A DNA stretch of 64,000 nucleotides, taken from positions 14,541 to 78,540 of the forward strand of contig JAHLVW010000016.1 of NCBI GenBank assembly GCA_019058275.1. Direction: 5' to 3'. Below, piece by piece: positions 59,295 to 64,000 of this stretch (positions within the stretch are counted from its first letter, which is position 1; each line of letters starts with the position of its first letter). The notes below the pieces were generated by a model that was given only the letters and a program-made list of their open reading frames with translations, was not told the origin of the DNA and made no database searches. A program made the position numbers and the translations under genes. Origin of the DNA: Candidatus Heimdallarchaeota archaeon (GTDB lineage Archaea > Asgardarchaeota > Heimdallarchaeia > JABLTI01).

Positions 59295-59330
59295 AAAGAA
59301 GATTCCAATCTTCTTTTTTCTTTTTCTTTT
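59295..59330 (+). terminator. Hairpin plus T-tract terminator
   Basis: AAAGAAGATT-CC-AATCTTCTTT followed by TTTCTTTTTCTTTT. Confidence 0.6.
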
Positions 59331-59371
59331 TGGAGTAGCTAAGATACTCTTAAAACAGTTTAGGGTAATTA

Positions 59372-60568
59372 TTGACTATGAAAGTTCTTCTATTAGGTGT
59401 GGGTTTACAAGGTAAAGTAGCATTACATGATCTTGTGCAAAGCGAAAAAGTAACTGAGATAATTACTGCGGATTATGATATTAAATCACTACAAGATTAT
59501 GTAAAAACAAGAAAGTATTCCAAAGTAGAAACAGAATTCTTTGATGCAAGCAAACAAGAGAATATTGATAAGTTGATAGGGCAAAATCCAGATGTTGTTA
59601 TTGATTTACTACCAGTTAATTATATGGATAGTGTTGCCAAAACTGCAGTGAAACATAGCATAAATCTTGTTAACACATTCTATTTATCTCATGCAATAAA
59701 AGAACTTGATAAAAAAGCAAAAAACAATGGAATAGCAGTATTACCAGAATTTGGTATGGATCCGGGGATAGATCTTGTTTTGATGGGAGAAGCAATGCGG
59801 GGATTGGAAAATGTAGAGGTAATAAATAGCTATGGAGCAGGAATTCCTGAACTTGAAGCTGCGAATAATCCATTAAAATATAAAGTAACTTGGACTTTTG
59901 AGGGAGTATTAAGATCCTATTTTCGAGCTGGTAGAATAATCAAAGATGGAAAAGTTATCGAAATTAAAGAGAATGATATGTTTAATCCTAAACATATTCA
60001 TGAAATGGACATTGAGAGTATTGGTAAACTGGAAGCAATACCAAATGGTGATGCACTAAAATACCTAAAATCAATTGGTATAGAAGAGCAATCTGAAAAG
60101 TTCAAGCAAATAAAACACATGGGACGATACTCGATGCGTTGGCCAGGTCACTGCGAATTCTGGAAGAAAATGGTTGATTTACATTTATTAGACAATGAAC
60201 TTGTAGATATAGATGGAGTAAAGATAAATCGCAAAAGGTATCTTGCGAAAGTAATTGAACCACATATACAATTAGAACCAGAAGAAAGGGATTTAGCAAT
60301 ACTACTCATAGAATTAGTAGGCTTAAAAGATGGTAAGAAAACAAGAGCAATCTATCAAGTAATAGATAAAAGAGATTTGAAAACTGGATTCACAGCAATG
60401 AGTCGTACTGTAGGATTTACAGCTAGTATAGGTGCTCAAATGCTGGGAACGAATCAAATAACAAAGAAAGGTTTACTCTCACCAGTAAATGATATTCCTT
60501 TTGATTTCTTTAAAAAAGAATTAGAAAAACGTAATATCAATATTATGATCAAACATGAAACAATTTAA
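59372..60568 (+). CDS. Saccharopine dehydrogenase / lysine 6-dehydrogenase family protein
   Basis: LLGVGLQG, EFGMDPG, NPLKYKVTW, RWPGH, TAMSRTVGF. Confidence 0.88.
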   Translation: MTMKVLLLGVGLQGKVALHDLVQSEKVTEIITADYDIKSLQDYVKTRKYSKVETEFFDASKQENIDKLIGQNPDVVIDLLPVNYMDSVAKTAVKHSINLVNTFYLSHAIKELDKKAKNNGIAVLPEFGMDPGIDLVLMGEAMRGLENVEVINSYGAGIPELEAANNPLKYKVTWTFEGVLRSYFRAGRIIKDGKVIEIKENDMFNPKHIHEMDIESIGKLEAIPNGDALKYLKSIGIEEQSEKFKQIKHMGRYSMRWPGHCEFWKKMVDLHLLDNELVDIDGVKINRKRYLAKVIEPHIQLEPEERDLAILLIELVGLKDGKKTRAIYQVIDKRDLKTGFTAMSRTVGFTASIGAQMLGTNQITKKGLLSPVNDIPFDFFKKELEKRNINIMIKHETI

Positions 60569-60728
60569 TGAAAAAATCAGTGTGCGAATATTCTGACATA
60601 GAATTAAATAGAAAGAATGTGGCTTGAAATTTCAAAATCGTTTTTAGGGTTTTAATTGAATTTTTATACAGCAGATAATTTGATGAAAAAATATTAAAAT
60701 ATAGAAATTATATTACAATTGAAAAGAT

Positions 60729-62231
60729 ATGTCAGAAGATTCTCTCTCTGATGATAATCAGCTTATTGAGTCTCTTCGAACAATTGAAGGAGAAAAAACT
60801 ACAATAGTTACTAATCCAATTCAATTTTTTAGAAAAAAGTTAAATGAAATCAACTGGCGAGATGTTGGTGTTTCCCTTTTAATTTTTAGCTTTCTTTTTT
60901 CCCTTAGTATACTTGTAAGACTTCTTTCTGCCTTTTATTTTCGTAAATTCCTCTATATTGATTATATTAATATTGTTTGGAATAGAGAAGTTCAACTTAC
61001 ACCTAATAATGTACCTCTAATGGGATTCACTGATTTTCCTAATTACTACCTAGAATGGGCAAGAGCTTGGTTTGAAGAAGGTTGGCGTCCATATCGCACA
61101 TGGGTTGAAGGAGAGCCTTGGAATATTCTAAATCTCTATTCTTATCCGCCTTTATTCCTTTATTCAGTTACGTTGTTTTGGCGTCCTGGAATGCGGTTTG
61201 TTTTTGGTGCTTTACCAATTGTGTTTGCAGATGCATTATGCTCTGGAATGATCTATCTAATAATAAAAGAAGTGGTTAAAGGAAAACATAGTCAAATTAT
61301 TGCAATTGTTGGTGGATTACTTATGGTTATTTCTCCGATTAATGTGATTTACGAAGGTGTTTACTGGTTTAATTTACAACCAGTTACTCTTTTTACATTG
61401 ATAACCTTCTATTTTATTATTAAAAAGAGATGGTGGCAAGCTTTTGTTTGGTTAGCATTAGCTTTTCTAGCAAAACAAAATGCCATATTTCTTATTCTAC
61501 CATTGTTTTTGTTTATGCTGGGAGAGAAAATTAGGGAAAAGGGATTACGAAAAAGTCTTATAGAGAGTTTTGCAAATGTGGGTATCTTTCTTGGTGTTTG
61601 TTTTGTTTTCTCTATTCCTTGGATATTTTTAACAAAGGATTACATTCCACTTTTGTTTTCTCTTGGAGGAAATATTGAATTAACTACAACTATCTATGAG
61701 CCTGCCTTCACCCAAAGCATTCGATTTTCATGGGCTATCTATGTATTAGGAATAGAAGGATGGTTTGCGAAGATCATAGCTTTCGGAATTAATTCAATGC
61801 TTCTTATGATTACAAGTGCAATAGCGATTTCAATTGTATTTTTTTTCCGATCTTATAGAAATAAATTAGATAATATTGAATTTTTTGAATTGACTTCTAT
61901 ATACACTGTGATTGTGCATATTTTTATGCCAAGGGGAGTCTTCAAATTTTACTCAGCTTATTATGCTCCAATAATTACTATAACTATTGTTACTTCACTT
62001 GCTTTTTATATTAGGAATTGGCGTACAACTGGTCTCTGGTTAACAATCGCTATTTTATTCCTTCTGTGTTTTGGTTTAGGTCATTTATGGATACCTAGAG
62101 ATGGAACACCTTTGTTGTTATTCATAGTATGTCTTATAATAGCAATTTTAATGGGAATTCGTACAATATTTAAAAATAGAATCACAAAGAAGAAATCTAA
62201 TTCTATATTATCACTGGACTCTTCTTTCTGA
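60729..62231 (+). CDS. GT-C fold membrane glycosyltransferase (GT87/PIG-M-like)
   Basis: About 11 TM helices; TDF..YY, YSYPPLFLY, LAFLAKQ. Confidence 0.7.
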   Translation: MSEDSLSDDNQLIESLRTIEGEKTTIVTNPIQFFRKKLNEINWRDVGVSLLIFSFLFSLSILVRLLSAFYFRKFLYIDYINIVWNREVQLTPNNVPLMGFTDFPNYYLEWARAWFEEGWRPYRTWVEGEPWNILNLYSYPPLFLYSVTLFWRPGMRFVFGALPIVFADALCSGMIYLIIKEVVKGKHSQIIAIVGGLLMVISPINVIYEGVYWFNLQPVTLFTLITFYFIIKKRWWQAFVWLALAFLAKQNAIFLILPLFLFMLGEKIREKGLRKSLIESFANVGIFLGVCFVFSIPWIFLTKDYIPLLFSLGGNIELTTTIYEPAFTQSIRFSWAIYVLGIEGWFAKIIAFGINSMLLMITSAIAISIVFFFRSYRNKLDNIEFFELTSIYTVIVHIFMPRGVFKFYSAYYAPIITITIVTSLAFYIRNWRTTGLWLTIAILFLLCFGLGHLWIPRDGTPLLLFIVCLIIAILMGIRTIFKNRITKKKSNSILSLDSSF

Positions 62232-62291
62232 ATAAATCACAGTGTGCGAAAGCTTTAAAGGTTAAATTTAACAAAAAATCACTGCAAAAGT

Positions 62292-62366
62292 GCGCAGATA
62301 GTCTAGTGGCTAGGACCCATGCCTGCCTAGTATGGAACCCGGGTTCGAATCCCGGTCTGCGCACCA
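62292..62366 (+). tRNA. tRNA-Gly(GCC), CCA encoded, no intron
   Basis: Acceptor GCGCAGA/TCTGCGC, D arm GTCT/GGAC, anticodon arm CATGC-CTGCCTA-GTATG, T arm CCGGG-TTCGAAT-CCCGG, then ACCA. Confidence 0.93.
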
Positions 62367-62506
62367 ATTTCCCTTTTCTCATGGGTGCGTGGTTCAGTCA
62401 AGTAGAGCGGTGGATTCTATCTCTTAATAGTTGAATGTTATCAATCCTATTATTAAGAACTAAAGGATAATTAACTACACAAGACACTTTTTAATTAAAG
62501 ATTATT

Positions 62507-62821
62507 CTAATGCCCCTCAAATTCTCTCGAGGCATCTTCCGCTGCTTTTTCAATCTCTTTAACCATTCTATCAAAAAAATGTTTGAATACATCTTTGTAA
62601 CACTCAGCATTTCCCCGAGGATTGAAATAAGCAATTAATTCTCCAGAATCGTCTAATATACGAAAAGTTGGTCTTGGAATTGGACCTGATTTTGGAACCT
62701 TTTCTTTTTTTGGAGGAATAATCTCCAGTTTGTAATTATCTTTACAATTTTTTTCAAAAAGAATGGGGATTATCTTTTGACGTGCATCGAATTGTACTCG
62801 AATAGGTGGTGATTCAACCAT
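62507..62821 (-). CDS. Hypothetical protein
   Basis: Clean ORF from ATG 62821 with protein-like composition. Confidence 0.55.
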   Translation of the reverse strand: MVESPPIRVQFDARQKIIPILFEKNCKDNYKLEIIPPKKEKVPKSGPIPRPTFRILDDSGELIAYFNPRGNAECYKDVFKHFFDRMVKEIEKAAEDASREFEGH

Positions 62822-63082
62822 TTTACTCAACACAAACAAAATAATCAACTAATTTTAAAAAACTTTTTTGCTTTGAAAAATTAGTCAAATATTATTCTCT
62901 GAAAACTGGACTTTATCCTTGTATTGCTGTATGCTGCAAGAAACAGTGGAGTGATTTCTCTAATAAATGGATTGAGATATTAAAAGGTTGACCTACCAAA
63001 AATAAAGTAAACTGCAAATATAAGATCAGAAAAAAAAGAAATAAAAGGGATAATAAAGAGCTACTAGGAAAAAAAAGAAGAA

Positions 63083-63919
63083 TTAGGTTGTTTTTTTACG
63101 GAATAAAACAACCAAAGCAAAGAAAGCAGTAAATGAAAGAGCAAGTACTGAAATAAATAGCACACCAGAACTCTCGGTAGGAGGAGTAACCGGAAAATCA
63201 GCAGGATCATTGGGATCGGTGCCATTAAGTACCTCTTCATAATCGGAAAAACCATCATCATCGCTATCACTATCATTTGGATCAGTCGAGTAAGTGTTTA
63301 TTTCTTCTCCGTCAGTCAAACCATCGTCATCACTGTCACTGTCATTTGGATCTGTTTCATGTATATCTACTTCTTCAACATTTGTTAGACTATCTCCATC
63401 GGAATCCAAATCATAATCGGATATCAAGGGATCTGTATAGTAAAGGTTTACCTCATCACCATCAGTTAATCCGTCATCGTCACTATCAGCATCATTAGGA
63501 TCAGTACCAGCTTCATATTCCTCTAGATTCGTTAAGCCGTCTCCATCAAGATCTGTAGCAGAATCATCTACTAATGGATTTAGACCATTATTTATTTCCC
63601 AACCATCTAGCATTAAATCATTATCAGTATCCGAATCATTTGGATCGGTTGAGTAAGTGTTTACTTCTTCTCCATCTAATAAACCATCAGAATCAGTATC
63701 CGGATCATTAGGATCAGTAAAATAGGTATTAATCTCTTCAAAATCAGTTAATCCATCTCCATCTGTGTCAAAACCAGCTCTAAAAATCTCAAGACCATCC
63801 CGATCATCTGCAACAAAGGCATAGCCGCCAGAGACAAAAACACCACGAGCAATCCCACCATCGTAGAACTGACCAACTTCAACAGGAGTAGTAGGGTCAC
63901 TAATATCTATGATCTCAAG
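63083..63919 (-). CDS. Cell-surface protein (5' truncated): LVIVD repeat, Ca-binding TSP3-like DxDxDG repeats, C-terminal TM anchor
   Basis: The frame stays open upstream of the listed ORF: LEIIDISDPTTPVEVG..YAFVADDRDGLEI, then about 8 D(S/T)DxDGLxDxEE..TDPND repeats, a TM helix and RKK. Confidence 0.85.
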   Translation of the reverse strand, partial: LEIIDISDPTTPVEVGQFYDGGIARGVFVSGGYAFVADDRDGLEIFRAGFDTDGDGLTDFEEINTYFTDPNDPDTDSDGLLDGEEVNTYSTDPNDSDTDNDLMLDGWEINNGLNPLVDDSATDLDGDGLTNLEEYEAGTDPNDADSDDDGLTDGDEVNLYYTDPLISDYDLDSDGDSLTNVEEVDIHETDPNDSDSDDDGLTDGEEINTYSTDPNDSDSDDDGFSDYEEVLNGTDPNDPADFPVTPPTESSGVLFISVLALSFTAFFALVVLFRKKTT

Positions 63920-63921
63920 AC

Positions 63922-64000
63922 CTGACTCTTATACACATCGGACGCTGCCGACGAGATGCAGTGTGTAGATCTCGGAGGACGCCGGATCATTAAAAAAAAA
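63922..64000 (+). other. Illumina Nextera adapter read-through (assembly artefact)
   Basis: CTGACTCTTATACACATCGGACGCTGCCGACGA-[GATGCAGT]-GTGTAGATCTCGGAGGACGCCGGATCATT plus poly-A is a near match to the Tn5 mosaic end, i5 index and P5 reverse complement. Confidence 0.97.

Noticed and set aside
62383-62425. Amber-suppressor or pyrrolysine tRNA (CTA at the anticodon position)
   Set aside because: There is no T arm or 3' acceptor strand, and the anticodon stem pairs poorly.
63200-63780. Repeats resembling a CRISPR or tandem DNA array
   Set aside because: They are degenerate in-frame coding repeats (DxDxDG Ca-binding motifs), not identical repeats with spacers. I saw no CRISPR array or cas gene in the window.
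63922-63940. Tn5/IS50 end suggesting a transposon
   Set aside because: It continues into the Illumina index and P5 sequence, so it is library adapter.

Overview
An AT-rich archaeal contig segment, almost certainly from an Asgard archaeon (a Heimdallarchaeia-like lineage is my inference). The evidence is archaeal DnaG, aIF-5A, eL33 and LeuRS alongside eukaryotic-signature proteins: Vps4, ESCRT-II Vps25, a longin-domain membrane protein and a degenerate RING-like protein. The energy block is a group 3b [NiFe]-hydrogenase operon (23.7-27.7 kb, minus) transcribed divergently from an Flx-like/ferredoxin/HdrA/MvhD/HdrC/HdrB operon (28.0-34.5 kb, plus). The most unusual content is a set of membrane proteins whose architectures resemble eukaryotic ER quality-control and signalling parts. 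These are: (i) a single-pass receptor with three extracellular PPC domains, a coiled coil, a UFL1/DDRGK1-like winged-helix array and a HEPN-like tail, next to aIF-5A; (ii) a subtilase with the domain order of site-1 protease (MBTPS1), abutting vps4-vps25; (iii) a 4-TM protein with an intact RNxxxH HEPN domain; (iv) a longin-4TM fusion; (v) an HtpX-type M48 protease with Sm-like C-terminal barrels. The window also has a protease-less Lon-type ATPase, one tRNA-Gly(GCC) with an atypical U37, and recurrent stem-loops at gene ends. The last ~80 nt are Illumina Nextera adapter, an artefact. All domain calls come from motif recognition by eye; no searches were run.
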